From the NCBI RefSeq assembly GCF_009914755.1, contig NC_060938.1: a stretch of 64,000 bases of DNA. One strand, written 5' to 3'. Under the pieces are notes generated by a model, which searched no databases, was not told the DNA's origin, and worked only from the letters and a program-made list of their open reading frames with translations. The first letter of the stretch is position 1. Each line of letters opens with the position of its first letter. Below, piece by piece: positions 1 to 14,900 of the stretch. Source of the stretch: the human T2T-CHM13v2.0 reference genome, Homo sapiens. A program made the translations under genes and the position numbers.

Positions 1-950
1 AGAAAACGTGACCGAAAGCCACGCGGACAGGTGGCCGCAGGGCCAAACCCAACTTCCGTGATGTGATCTGGCTACAGTTTGGAGCCCACATATTTCAATA
101 GTTATCCCCAGGCCTGGCACGTCAAAGAGGCTCCAGAAATGTTTGCTGAGTGAGTGATGAATCAGCAATTTCTGATTTTCTCCTAAACTTAGAGAATAAG
201 TGGCTTGTCTGCAGTCACCCAGGGCGTCCCTGACAGAGGTACAAGTAAAGCCCAGATCTCTGCATCTCTGGTTCAAGGCCTTTTGTACTACACACCGCTG
301 TCTCTTTGTCATCATTAAAAGCAAGGCTCAAGGGACATGTTTTCTAGCCTTAGTTCCCCATCTACAAAATGGGCCTCATGGAATGGAATGTCTCCACTTC
401 ACTCCAGCATCAACAAGTGGGGAATTCTGATGGATTCAATTCGACTTCTTTCCATGGGCGTGTTCTAAGCAGCCTCTTTGTTCCAGAAGCTGCCCTCAGC
501 CAGAGTTGGATAAGCCAATCCTCACTCCCCAGCCTCCTCTGGATAGGGATGAAGACCCCACTGGGGTTGGAAGTGCAGAGGCAGACAGGTGTATGGAGTC
601 ACCTGTAAATTGATTCAAGTGAGCCAGGAAAGCAGCAAAGGAAAGAGAAACCTGAGTGACGACGTGGTGGAGGAACAGGGCTGGAAAGAGGCTGCTGGCT
701 GTCTGGCTTCGCAGCTCTGGCCTCCTAATCAGCCTCGCTCTTGTCTCTGGTGTTCTCTGGCTCTTGTCCATCTGTCTGTGTTTCTTTTTGCCAGCTATTG
801 ACTAATCTTTGCTGAAGCTGAGCTAGAATTCTGGTGTTTATAAGCAGGTAACTAGCTGAGCACTAGTTGATAACTTTGGAGTTAGTGGATAACCACAGGG
901 CTGGGCTACTAAGCTTTTTCAGTTGAAAAATAAATAAATAAATAAATAAA

Positions 951-1097
951 CACCACACCCAGCTAATTTTTGTATTTTTAGTAGAGACAGGGTTTCACCG
1001 TGTTAGCCAGGATGGACTCCATCTCCTGACCTCGTGATCCGCCTACCTCGGCCTCCCAAAGTGCTGGGATTACAGGCGTGAGCCACCACGCCCGGTC
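951..1097 (-). mobile_element. Alu (left-arm fragment, S-like)
   Basis: Reverse-complement Alu left arm (..gcctcccaaagtgctgggattacaggcgtgagccacc..), preceded by (TAAA)n at 927-950. Confidence 0.9.
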
Positions 1098-3770
1098 ACC
1101 TTTGTCCTGTTTTCTACAGGTTAGAAGCAAGGCACAAGTCATACCTACATTCAAGGAGAGGGGACCATGCAAAGGATAAACTGCAGGTGAAGAACTTGAG
1201 AGCTATTTTAGAAGCTGCCTTCCACACTTTACAATCTACTTTGCAGCTATACTGAGCTCTTAGCAACTCCCTGGGCCTGCTGAGCACCTCTTGCCTTTCT
1301 GCCTTTGCGTATGCTGTTCCCTCTGCCTGGAATTCCATGTCTTCTGCCTTTGCCCACCTCATCTTAAGGCCTCTGCTTAGATGCAATTTCTTTGGGCTCT
1401 TATTAGCAGCATCCAAATCTGTGCTGGTTTCTTCTCACGCTTACTCTGCATCATAATTTTTCTGTTTACTCGTTAATCCCCTCCCACTCCTGCCAGTACC
1501 TAAAGTAAAATCTACACGGGCTTGGCACATTGTGGATGCTCAATGAAGATTTGTTAAATGAGTGAATGATTAAATGAAATAAGCCCCAGCTTGGAACCCA
1601 GAGCTGTAATTTCCGGTTGTGGTCCCTGTCCCCTGCCCAGGGGCTGTCTAAGGGCTCATCTCTCCCAGGAGCCCCTGTATCATCTCAGTAACTAGACCAG
1701 TACCATATCCGACTTCCCCTGACTTTGAAATAATTTTCACCTGCAATCAGGTGCGCTTCCCTAGAACCTCTCTCGCTGTTCTTTGCCTTTCTCCTTCCCC
1801 CGCCTTGTATCTCCGTGGTCCTGCCAAAAATCAGAAGCTCATTATTAAACCAGAAGCTTCCTTGCATTATCCCAGAGACTACAGACAGAAAATATTTGCT
1901 TCTATCTCAACTGAGGACTGACATAGTAAAGACTCCTTGAGATGTTAGCTGTCAAGGAGGGGAATAAAAGTTTTTCATCTGCATGAGTAATTGTTTCCTG
2001 TTTTATCCAGAGAGACAACAGATTTACATCCCAGACACATTCACACTGGGCCAAGAGCAGCTGCCATTGCAGATTCGAGTCACGTCCTTTTTTCCTTCCT
2101 TCTCCTTCTTGGAGTTACAACAGAAGCTGGGGAGGTGAGAGTGCAGGTGAGAGAGGAGGGGGGCTCTGGAACATGTAGCCTGTGAGGAGGGAAATCAGGA
2201 TGGTGCTTGGGTGGAGGTGGGAGCTGGGCCAGGGTCTTGGCTGGTCAGGAAGGCTGGTGAAGCATGTACTGGGGAGGCAGAGGTCCTGCTTTCTTTCCTC
2301 TCTTTCCTTCACACCTACCTCAACCCACTGTCGAGTCCTATCAGCTCTGAAATAGATCCTTCCTCCAGCGCCTTCTCACCTCTCTCTCCACCATTCCAGT
2401 CCATGCCGCCTCATCTCTTACTGGGACTTTCACAACAGCCTCCCGAGTGGTCTTGGCTTCTGCTCGCAAATCCTGCAGTGCCTTCTCTGCGGAGCCACAA
2501 GCTGGATCTTTTTAATCCGCTCTCGGTTTCTCACAGCCCTTGGAATGAAACCTTGGCCTACAGCCCTGTGTGACTTGCTGCCTGTCCTTACCTCCTAACC
2601 TCATCTAATAATCCCCTTCCCCTCCTCGTACCGGCCTTTCTGTTTCTCAGACACTCCAGGCTTGTTCTGCTCTTGGACCTTCACGCTGTCTTTCTGTCTC
2701 CTGGGAATCTGTGCCCCCTCTGCCAGATCATGCAGCTGGCTCTCTCTGCCCAAATACCCTCTTCCGAGGGGTCTTCCTTGGCCCTGTGTCTGACATAGGT
2801 ACCCTCCTCCATCACTCCAGCCCATTACAGTGCCATAACACTTTTATTGCCATCTAGAGTAACATCAGTTGGTTTTGTTTATCATCTGCCACCCTGCTAG
2901 AAAGGACGTGGATGAAGCAGAGAGGCACGTGCCTGTCTCATTCGCCTCTGGATCTGCTGCATCCAGGACTGTGCCAGCACAAAGTGGGAGCCCGATAAAT
3001 ATTTATTGAAGAAATGAAAGGTGACAAAAGGCAGAAGGAGGGAGACCCCAAAAAGAGGTAAATTTGGTATCTTAGCAAGTGGGTGACTACCACTGTCTGG
3101 GGGAAAGCTGATACACGAGGACTTGACAATAATTACAGCAGTAACAATCGCTACTATTTTGTTTTGAGATGAATTTTAGTTTCTGAAATTGTCCAAAGCA
3201 CTTTTATCAATAGAAACTTGTTACACATCCCTCCAACAGGGAGAAGCAGCACAGGAAGCTGCCCCCTCAAACACTAAAGGCTCCTGGAGCTATTCACAGT
3301 GCTGGGGAACAACCAGAGGAGGAGGAGGACAGAGGGAGAGAATACTTTTTTTAAAAATCCCAAACAAAACCAAATTCTATACATGTATATCTCGAGTGAG
3401 TAAATGTGTAACACTCAGCAGTCTCCTACACTTGCCAGGTTTTGTGGCTTCATGCAGTAATATAAAATGTGCTTCACAAAGCTAGGAGTTGGCACAGAAT
3501 ATAGGGTTCTGATTCATATTTTAGTTTTACTTTTTTGTAGAGATGGGATCCCACTATATTGCACAGGCTGGTCTCAAACTCCTGAGCTCAAGCGATCCTC
3601 CTGCCTTGGCCTCCCACGGTGCTGAGACTACAGGTGTGAGCCACCACTCCCAGCCTGATTTATATTTTATAAAGAGGCAACGATGGAGTACACAGCTGAG
3701 CAATCTCTTGCATTTCTGGACCTTGAGCATCAGGAAGCTTAGGGAGGGTGAAAACTCAGAAGAAAGCTCA

Positions 3771-3825
3771 GAGTTGAGACCTTTGATTTTTTGCCCAGAG
3801 AGTCCAGCTAACACACTTTATAACC
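3771..3825 (+). repeat. Dispersed ~55-bp direct repeat, copy 1
   Basis: GAGTTGAGACCTTTGATTTTTTGCCCAGAGAGTCCAGCTAACACACTTTATAACC matches 4807-4861 with about 5 differences. Confidence 0.9.
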
Positions 3826-4806
3826 CAAAAGGCCTTACAAATATTTCAGAGCAGAGGCAGCATTTTTGCACTGGATAAACAAAGGTACGGTAATTTCTTC
3901 ATAGTTTATTTTCATTACAAGTAATTCTTTTCCTGAAGAAAAATTTATATTTCAGATTTATTTCCCCTCTCAAAGGGGAGGGGAGTTATAATATTCTGTT
4001 TCCATAGCACCATTCCTCAAGATCAAACCCAGGCAGGCATTTTTACAGCACACACTTCCACATGTCATTGCTAATCCTCGCAACCTTGAGGAAACTGAGG
4101 TGCAAAGGGGTTGAGGAATGTGTTCACCATCCCAAAGCCAACGAAGTGCCAGAACCCAAATCCAAGCTTGGCTGTCTCATCCCCAAGGACGTACTCTTTA
4201 TGCCGTTCCTTATGACTTTTCATGCAGCAGGCGCAAGGCAGCAAGAATTTGGCTCTTCTGACATTTATCAGGCACCTGGTATGTGCCAGGCCTACTGTAA
4301 ACCCCAAGATGACATGGTCCATGTCTATCCATTCAGCATCAGAGAGACTGTTATCAGGACTTGAGGCCTGAGACACAGCCCTGAATCAGATGCAGGCCTC
4401 TGGTGTTTGCAAAGGATGCGTGAGTATGTGTATGTGTATGCGTGCATTGTGTGTAGGGGTGTGTGTATGTTGGGGGTTGGGGGCAGAAAATGCTCCCTGA
4501 ACTGTTGGTATTAAGGCAGATCTTTGATGGAGGGACTGGGGTGTGGAGACTTGAACCCTAGTTTCGAAGTGGGGACCTCGAACACTAGTATGGCCAGCAG
4601 ACAGGCTGGAGTTGCTGAATTGTCAGCTAGGTCTTTAATCCACTCCCCTTCTCTAAATCAGGGTGGAATTGGACTCAGGGCTGGTTCAGGGCTGAGGTTT
4701 CCGGGGGATGAATGATTCCAGCCAGTGGGAAGGGGTGATGGATGATGAACCTGGCAAGTCACAGGACTATGGACTTGGCTGTATGTTGCATGTATGTGTA
4801 AGATCT

Positions 4807-4861
4807 GAGTTGAGACCTTTGATTTTTGCCCAGAAAGTCCAGCTAACATACTATATAAGCC
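4807..4861 (+). repeat. Dispersed ~55-bp direct repeat, copy 2
   Basis: GAGTTGAGACCTTTGATTTTTGCCCAGAAAGTCCAGCTAACATACTATATAAGCC. Confidence 0.9.
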
Positions 4862-5060
4862 AGTGAGACCAGCCAGTGTCTGTTCATTGCCTCTGCCTTG
4901 CCCCTATGCCTGCCCGCCTCCTATAGCAGGTCCCTATAGCATAATGAAAATGCGAACAACCTTTTCTCTGGACACTGGGGAATCTAGTCTGGTGGATAAA
5001 GATGGATGGCTGTTAAACGATCACATCTTGGGCTCTGTGTGTTCAGTGAAGCCTCATTTA

Positions 5061-5341
<281 letters not shown>

Positions 5342-6502
5342 CTAACATTTTAAACTTTGGTATGTCAAAAGGTGAGAATTGCCAGTGTCGAGGCATGGAA
5401 ACCAAAGGAAAACTAGAGGGTTGAGAAGGTGGGAAGGGCCGCAGTGTGGCAGGCGGCAGTTACTGGTATGGCTTCTACTAAAGGAACTCATCGTCCACCA
5501 CCTTCAGGAAGGAGGCTCCTGGGGCCCTTTAAGAGAGCAGTTTCAGTGGAGGCTGCAGGCAGGTTGGCAGAAACAAGATTATGAGATGGTCTGTACCAGG
5601 TATCAGGCTTGAGGGTTAGTGCCTCTAGACTTCTCTGAGAAGTCTAGCTTTGAAGGGAAGGCTGGAGAGCTAGCACAATACTCAATAATAACAAGACCTA
5701 AGGCACTTACTGTGTGCCAGGCATGTTCTAAGAACTCAGCACACTTCAGCTCATTTAATCCTTACAACTATACAAAGTTTGTAGTCTTTTCATTATACCT
5801 TTTGACAGGTGAGTTACTTGCTGGAATTCACGTGGCTAGTAAATACTGGAGCTGAGATTTGAAAGCAGGCAATCTGGCTCCAGAATCTGTGTTTTCAACC
5901 CACATACTATATTGACCATCATGAAAAGATGGTGGTGAGCAGGCTTGTTTCTAAGGATGGGAGGGTCCTCATAATATTTGTATTTACAGAGAGGAGGGAG
6001 AGGTGGGTTACTTCCTCTCCCAACCCCAGAAAGCCAGGCATGTTGGCTGGCATCCCTGGGACCTCAGATATTCAAGCAACCATGGCCTTACAAATCAGGC
6101 ATTCTATTTATTAGAGTTGTGCAGTGAGGTCCCCTCCATTTCATCCCCAGAATATCTCCTAGACAAGTTGGATCCTGCAGGGCCCGAGTATAAATAAGAT
6201 GGTGCCCTCTGTTGTTATGGAGTAGCTTGGAGCTGGGCCCCAGATGCCCTGTGTGGATTAGATGAGTGATTAGTATTTGGCAATGTAGCTTGAGAGGCTT
6301 GCTGAGTTACTGGGGCATATGTCCCCAGCTCACGAGTACCAGCCTGACTTCTGTCAATCAATCAGTGAACAGGGTTTGCAGCGTCCACCAGGTACCTGTG
6401 GTGTAGTAGAAGAGAGTTTGAACTTTGGAATCAAACATGCTGAAGTTCAGATTCCAGCTCCTCCACTAACTACCTCTGTGATCTTGGCTAAGTGACCGTC
6501 AC

Positions 6503-6803
<301 letters not shown>

Positions 6804-7842
6804 CTGATGGTTGCTTTCAGAGCCTTGGTTCTTCATCTCTAAAACAAAGATAGGAATACTGCCTAGTTTCCATGGGGAGCTTGTAACACATGCGGGCCTC
6901 TCTCCCCTCACCCCAGTCTTTGGTTAGACACTTACTATTTGCAAAGACCCAATTTCTTCATCATAAGAAGGCTGCCACCACACTTGAGGGAGTGACCCAT
7001 TTACAAACAATTGCTTCCTTCTGGGTCATTCTGATGGATTAAATGAAGAACCATTTAAAACCACAGCCCAAAGGGCCAGAGGGAGAGGCAGCAGAGGGAA
7101 GATGCAGGTGGATCTTCATGCACTGCATGAGGAAGCTTTGTACCATGGTCAGGAAAAGCTCCAGGCACACAAGGGCAGCCTCCATGGCCAATCAGAGTGC
7201 ACCTCTCACCTCGGCAACTCTGCTAACCTAAATAGACCAGTCACACAGCAGAGCTGCAAAAGAAGACATGATAATTACAGAGACCCCAGGGGACCGTCTG
7301 TGCGGACTGATGCTTTGTTTCTCCTGACCCCTCAGACCTCTCTATTTCACTGCAAACTCTCAATACCCAGGGCCTTTGTTTTGCTGTGAACACTTTCATT
7401 CCTGAGTACATTTTCTATGAGGAGTTGGCGGAAGAGAGTCAGAATGAATTATATTTTCAGCACACCTCTGGGTTCATGTTGAACTTGGCTAGAACTGTTT
7501 TGACCCAGGAAACAATTTGACTAAAGGATATTTCAATCCAACAAATACTCTCTGGGCCCTTCCAATGTTTCTGGCACTGGTTTGATGCTGAGGACATAGA
7601 GATGAATAAGAAATGGTCTCTGTCCCCCAGCTGATAAATTATCATTGATGATCTACCGTGTGCCAGGGACTTTACAAATGTGATTACCATTTCTTACAAC
7701 ATAGTAAGGTAGATAGCATTTTTGTGTTACAGGTGAGGAGTAGGAAGTTCAAAAAGTTTATAAGGTCAAAGTCACACAACTAGTCAGATGTAGAACTAAC
7801 CTTTGGATTTGGGACTGTTCACCATCAAATCCTATATGCTTT

Positions 7843-8594
7843 TGATGCAGACAGGAGACCCAGAAATACTGGGTAGAAGAGGGTGGTTCCCTGGCAAAGG
7901 CCCTACCCTCAAACCTGGAAACCTGCAGCCCTAAATGGGAAGAGGCATTCCTGTTTTCATGCCCAAAAGTTGCCTTTTGGCCCGTCATGTCCCCTATCCT
8001 ATACCTGTATAAACCCCAGACCCCAGGCTCCAGAAGCAGATGAGGAGACAAACAGAAGAGCAGAAGAATGGCAGAATGGCACAGCAGAGAGAAGAAAAGG
8101 AACATCTGAATGTTGAGAGGAATTTGGCTGGGGGCGGTTGGAGAGGAGATTAGCCACTGGACAGCCAAACTCCAGGGGAAGATCATCTTCCCACTCCATC
8201 CCCCTTCCAGCTCCCCATCCATCCTGCTGAGAGCCACCTCCACCACTCAGTGAAACCGCTGCATTCATCCTTCAAGTTTATGTGTGACCTGATTCTTCCT
8301 GGACATTGGACAAAGACCTAGGTCCAGTGAACTGTCTAACACTTAAGTCATCCACGGACAGCAAGGCTAACAGAACGCTGTAACATGTGCCCACTTGGAC
8401 TCTGGGAGTTGCAGACACCCACCCGTAGGTGCTGCCATGGGTCCGGAGCCCAGAAAGTGCTCGCCCTGGCTCCTGCACCTGCCCGTCTGCATGCTCCCCC
8501 TCCGGTAAGGGGTTTGAGGATGTGGCGGCTGAACATAAGAGCTATGCCCCTGTCACACATCATGGGACAGGGGTCAGGGAACTCTCCCATTTCA
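7843..8594 (+). mobile_element. ERV1 solo LTR (LTR1/MER52-like)
   Basis: TG...CA termini (tgatgcagacaggag...ctctcccatttca) with exact 4-bp TSD CTTT (7839-7842 and 8595-8598). Subfamily from memory of consensus. Confidence 0.85.
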
Positions 8595-10114
8595 CTTTCA
8601 AATATTCCAGGTCCCCTTTTTGTTCGGGAGCCAGAGTCTAGTGGAGACAGAGATAGAAACCCTGAAATAGGATCCAGGCAATATAAACCTACACGCTGTA
8701 AGCCAAGTCAGAGTGAGGCTGATGTGATAACAAAAGTCTGAATACAAGGTGGGAGACAATTATTCTGACTGAAAGGGAGGCAAGAGTTCTGCCATAGGCT
8801 TGATGCTGTGTGCCCCTGGCTTCCTAACTCATTTGCAAATGGAAAATACTATTCCATTGTAGGAACCTTCTTTTTCCATTTGTCTGGGGAAGGAGAAAGA
8901 ATGGCTGGGCTGAATGAATTTATCCCTTGGTCCTCTTCCAACAAAGCTCAGCTATGAAAGATAAATCCAGCTCTCCCCACCCCCTCTCAGTGGAGCTGGG
9001 GAGAAATCAAAAGCCCCTCTGCCAATAATGAGACCAAAGTTTGCAAGGGCAGGACGAGCCCGTGCTAACAGAGAAAGTGTTGTTTCCTCAATTTGGTTTT
9101 AGACTGTCTTGTCCTATGGGGGAGAAAAGATCTGCCCTTGGGAGAGGTGCCAACTTTATAGATCTATTAATAAAAGAACTGGCAGGCTTACAGTTCTTGC
9201 CAATGAGGAAACTTGAATGAGAGAAGCCAGGCTCAACCTTGGCCAACAGACTGGAGCCCATCACCCTAACTTCACCCCGCTTCTCCTTACCCAACCGTCA
9301 AAGGCTAGGCAGCACCCACCCAGCAGCTTCCACCTGGCTGAAGCCTGCACCTGCTTCAGACCAAGGGTTAGATGGAAATTTGGCATGGGAAGAGAGGGCT
9401 CACCTGTGGGCAGGATAGACTCTATCCAAGAAGGAGAACTGAAAAATGAAAACCTATGAGACAAGGGGTGATCCTGAAGGCAGGCAGGAGAAAGGGCTGG
9501 AGGGAGAGGCACTGGGGAATTTTTCCTGGTGAATACTGAAGTTACTAGATGTTTTGTCTTGCAAAACTCAAGGGAAAACTCTCAAACTCTAATGTTTGTC
9601 TATTCTGTGTCCAAACTGTCCTTTTGAAACGGACCCACCTTTCAGTAAAGAAACTTGCATTGGCCTGCCCAGCCTGGTGTGTTAGTTCTGTGGAAACTGA
9701 CTGGCTAGGGTGGCCACGGGAGGAAGAGCCTGGTTCTCCCTCACCAGCTCCTTGTGAAGAAGGGACCTGGTCAATAAGGCAAACGACACCACTTGCCAAC
9801 ATTTGATATTGCCAAGTGCTTTTGTTTGGCACTACTATAGATTTTAAAAATGTATCTCACTTTTAAAATTTGCATTTTCTTGATTACTTGTGAGATTGAA
9901 CATCTTCTCATACAGCAACTGGCCGTTTTCATCTCCTTTTCTGTGAATTCTAGCTGTTCCCTATTTTTCCAATGGGTTATTCGCTTTACTTACTGATCTG
10001 TAAGAGTTCATTACATATACTGGAAACTAATACTTTGCTATATATTGTTACTATCTTCTCTTACTCTGGTCACTTTTAAAACTTCATGTATTGTCATAAG
10101 AAGTCATACTTTTC

Positions 10115-10416
<302 letters not shown>

Positions 10417-10865
10417 ATACTTTTGCTTTGTTTGTCATCTTTAAGAAGATCATCCCTATCGAAGGTCATAAACATATTCTTAATATTTTCACGTGTTTAT
10501 TTTCCAAGGTTAGGTCTTAGAAAATTACAAAATAACCATTTGTAATTTCATGTTGTGAAAGGTGGAGGAAAGGAATTTCATCTTCTTGCCCCCAAACCTA
10601 AAACCCTTACTTGAATCTGAGCCGATTCTCCTTGTTCCTTTCAGTTACACTGGAAGAAGAGCCCCTCCTTCCTTCAAGCCAAGTCATCCCCTTGGGCTCT
10701 CACCACTTCAGTTTATACCTTGCCTGTAGTCCAGTCTCTCCATCATCAATTCCATCAGCACAAAGACATAATTTAATTCCTTCTACCTTAAAAAAACAAA
10801 ACAAAACAAAACAGCTCTCCCTCTCTTAGGGTGAGATGAAGTGGTTGGCAACAGGCCAATGCTAC

Positions 10866-11488
10866 TTTCAGAGGCGTTTGAATCAGAGTGACTCCATTTT
10901 GAATAGGGGTTGAGTAAAATAAGGCTGAGACCTACTGGGCTGCATTCCCATGAGCTTAGGCATTCTAAGTCACAGGATGAGACAGGAGGTCAGCACAAGA
11001 TACACGTCACAAAGACCTTGCTGATAAAACAGATTGTGATAAGAAAAGCCAGTCAAAACCCACCAAAACCAAGATGGCGACAAAAGTGATCTCTGGTTGT
11101 CCTCACTGCTGATTATTCACTAATTATAAAATTAACATGATAAAAGACACTCCCACCAGCACCGTGACAGTTTACAAATGACATGGACACATCAGGAAGT
11201 TACCCTATATGTCTAAAAGGGGAGGAGCCCTCCTTTCCAATTGTCCACCCCTTTCCTGGAAAACTCATGAATAATCCACCCCTTGTTTAGCATATAATCA
11301 AGAAATAACCATGAAAATAGCCAACCAGCAGCCCTCAGGGCTGCTTTGCCTATGGAGTAGCCATTCTATATTCCTTTACTTTCTTAATAAACTTGCTTTC
11401 ACTTTAGCCTATGGACTTGCCCCAAATTCTTGCATGAGGTCCAAGAACCTTCTCTTGAGGTCTGGATTGGGACCCCTTTCTGGTAACA
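10866..11488 (+). mobile_element. MER41 (likely MER41B) solo LTR
   Basis: Starts (t)ttcagaggcgtttgaa, ends cccctttctggtaaca; 4-bp TSD CTAC; internal AATAAA at 11386-11391; GAS motif TTCCTGGAA at 11253-11261. Confidence 0.85.
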
Positions 11489-12375
11489 CTACAGCCACGC
11501 TATGGAAAATCTAAATAAAAATAAAGATTGTATTTTCCAAACCATCGGGGAGCTATGGAAGCAACAAGGGCCAGAGGAAGTAAAATTCTGGAGAAGGGAG
11601 GACAGCTCAGAGGTGAGCATCTGCAGATGCCTTTCCCTTCCTGTCATTTGATAATCCTGGGCAAAGACTGAAATTGGTGCTGAGTCCAGTCCGGGGATGC
11701 TGTGGAGTCATCAAATTAGAGGCTTGGGGGGGCCTCAAACATCCAGCCAGCTTCCTCCTTCAGAGGTGCTGAACTGTGAAGCTGTGTGATGTGAGAGGCT
11801 GACAGGCTAAGCTGAAGACCTCAGGAAAGTAGAGTGGAATTTCCCGTGGTCTTTTTTTTTTTTTTTTGAGGCAGGGTCTCTTTCTGTCACCCAGGCAGGA
11901 ATGCAGTGGCAAAATCACAGCTCACTGCAGCCTGGACCTCTCAGGCTCAAGTGATCCTCCCACCTCAGCCCCGGAGTAGCTGGGACCACAGGCACGTGCC
12001 ACCACTCCCGGGTACTTTTTGTATTTTTTGTAGAGTGGGGTCTCACCGTGTTGCCCAGGCTCCCTGTGGTCTCCTGAGAAGACAAAGGCTCACCAGGGGG
12101 TGGAGTTCCTGAGAACAGCTTGGCAGGAGCTGAAAACGCTGGAGAGCAGGTGAACTGACCCCTGCTGTCAGGCATCTGCAGCTGCTTTTTCCTGAGAACA
12201 TTAGCTGTGAGTTTTGTGCAGCTGGACAAATGTGGAGACTTGAGGGAATCTCAAATGCGTGGCCAGTACCCTCTCTCCACAGGCTTTTTACAATTTGAAG
12301 CAGTTCAGGGCAGGATGCTGAAGAGCAAAGCCAAAACCCCCAAAAGGAAAATAATTTCCTGCAGTCTCTTAGTGT

Positions 12376-13158
<783 letters not shown>

Positions 13159-13237
13159 GTGCTGAGACAAAGACCTACCAGACTCTTGATTGAGGGTCAT
13201 ACTCTAAGAGCAGGGCAAACTAGAAGTAGATAGGCAA

Positions 13238-13525
13238 TTTTTTTTTTTTTAATATAGGGTCTCACTCTGTCACCCAGGCTGGAGTGCAGTGGCTCAATCT
13301 TGACTCACTGCAGCCTTGACCTCCTGGGTTCAAGTGATCCTCCCACCTCAGCCTCAGCTGGAGCTACAGGCATGCACCACTGTACCCAGCTCTTTTTATA
13401 TTTTTTTGTAGAGATGGGGGTCTCACTGTGTTGCCCAGGCTGGTCTCAAACTCCTGAGCTCAAGCGATCCACCCACCTTGGCTTCCCAAAGTGTGGGGAT
13501 TACAAAGTGAGCCACTGTGCCTGGC
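13238..13525 (-). mobile_element. Alu (J-like)
   Basis: Reverse Alu dimer. Confidence 0.9.
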
Positions 13526-13699
13526 TGGATAGACTGATTCTTATCCAAACTGCATCTTAACCTTGACTCAGTTTAGTCCCTATTGGGATTAAACTGTTTA
13601 ATACTTCACTCTATCTGCCTAGCAGAGAATAGGGTTAACTCTACTTGGGGGGAAAACGCTAGAGTCTTTCCAGTGCTTTTATACAAAATATTTGGCATT

Positions 13700-14900
13700 C
13701 CTTTAAATATTACTCAAGAGAAAAGACCATTTAACTAAAAACCAAGAGAAAAAGTAGACAATAGAAGGAGGCCCACCAGTAAACCAGAGTTATTAGACAA
13801 GAACTTTAAAGTAACCATGATTATGTCCAAAGAAATAGAATGATGGACAAAATGATTAAGAGTGTAGAGATTATCAGATAAAGTTTTAATCTTTAAAAAA
13901 AGCGTCAAATGGGCATCCTGGAACTAATAAATATAATATTTGCAGCAAAGAAATGAATTGTTTGAGAGCAGATTGGTTATAGCAGATGTCAGCATTAGTG
14001 AACTGGAAGATAAACTAATAGAAAACATCAACATTGAAGCTCAGAGAGGAAAAAAAAGGAAACAAAACAAGAACAGAGCATAGAGAGCACGGTACACTTG
14101 TTTAAAGGGTCTGACAATGTGTAATTGGAGTCACTGAAAGAGAGGGAAAGGGAGGAAAAGAAAGGATGAGACGGGAATAGTTGAAGATACAATGGCTAAG
14201 ACATTTCCTCAAATAGTGGATAAACTATTAGAGTTAAGTCAATTTATCTAGGTCTTAGATATAGTGTCAATGCACACAAACCAGTTGCATTTTTTTATAA
14301 CAGCAACAAACATAATACATAATTTGAAATGACATTTAAAATAGCATCAATCAAATACTTAAGAGTTAATTTAATGAAATCAGAGAGAACAATTAAAGAC
14401 AACCCAAAATATGGAAGGATACACTATGCAATTGCTTCGGATCGTAAGGCTTAATATGTTGGAGATGTTAATTCTCTTCAAATAGACCTATAGATTCAAC
14501 ACAATCCCAATCAATCTTAGCAGGCTTTTGGAGGTGGGGAGGATTAACAAGCTGATTTTAAAATGCATATGGATATGTAAAGGGAAGAGAATAGCTATAT
14601 TAGGGTTCTCCAGAGAAACAGAATCTTACAATAAGATATAAAGACCTATTTTAAAGCTATAGTAATTAGCAATGTGGTATCAACACAAGGAGAGACAAAC
14701 AGACTAATGGAATAGAAAAGTGTCCAGAAACAGACTCATACATAAATGTTCCCAGATTTATGACAGAAGTGATAATACCGTACAGTAGACAAAGCATAGT
14801 CTTTTAAATAATTGGCATTAATTGGATATCAACATGGAAAAATTAATCTAAATAAAATCTTTAGAAGAAAATAGTGTACATAAGCAAAACTTTCCTAAAC
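13700..14900 (+). mobile_element. Ancient L1 (L1M) fragments
   Basis: A-rich degenerate ORF1/ORF2-like sequence (e.g. tatagattcaacacaatcccaatcaa). Confidence 0.7.

Noticed and set aside
2211-2573. 120-aa ORF in the TCL6 region
   Set aside because: GTG start, Ser/Pro/Leu-rich, runs into L2-like sequence; no evidence of coding.
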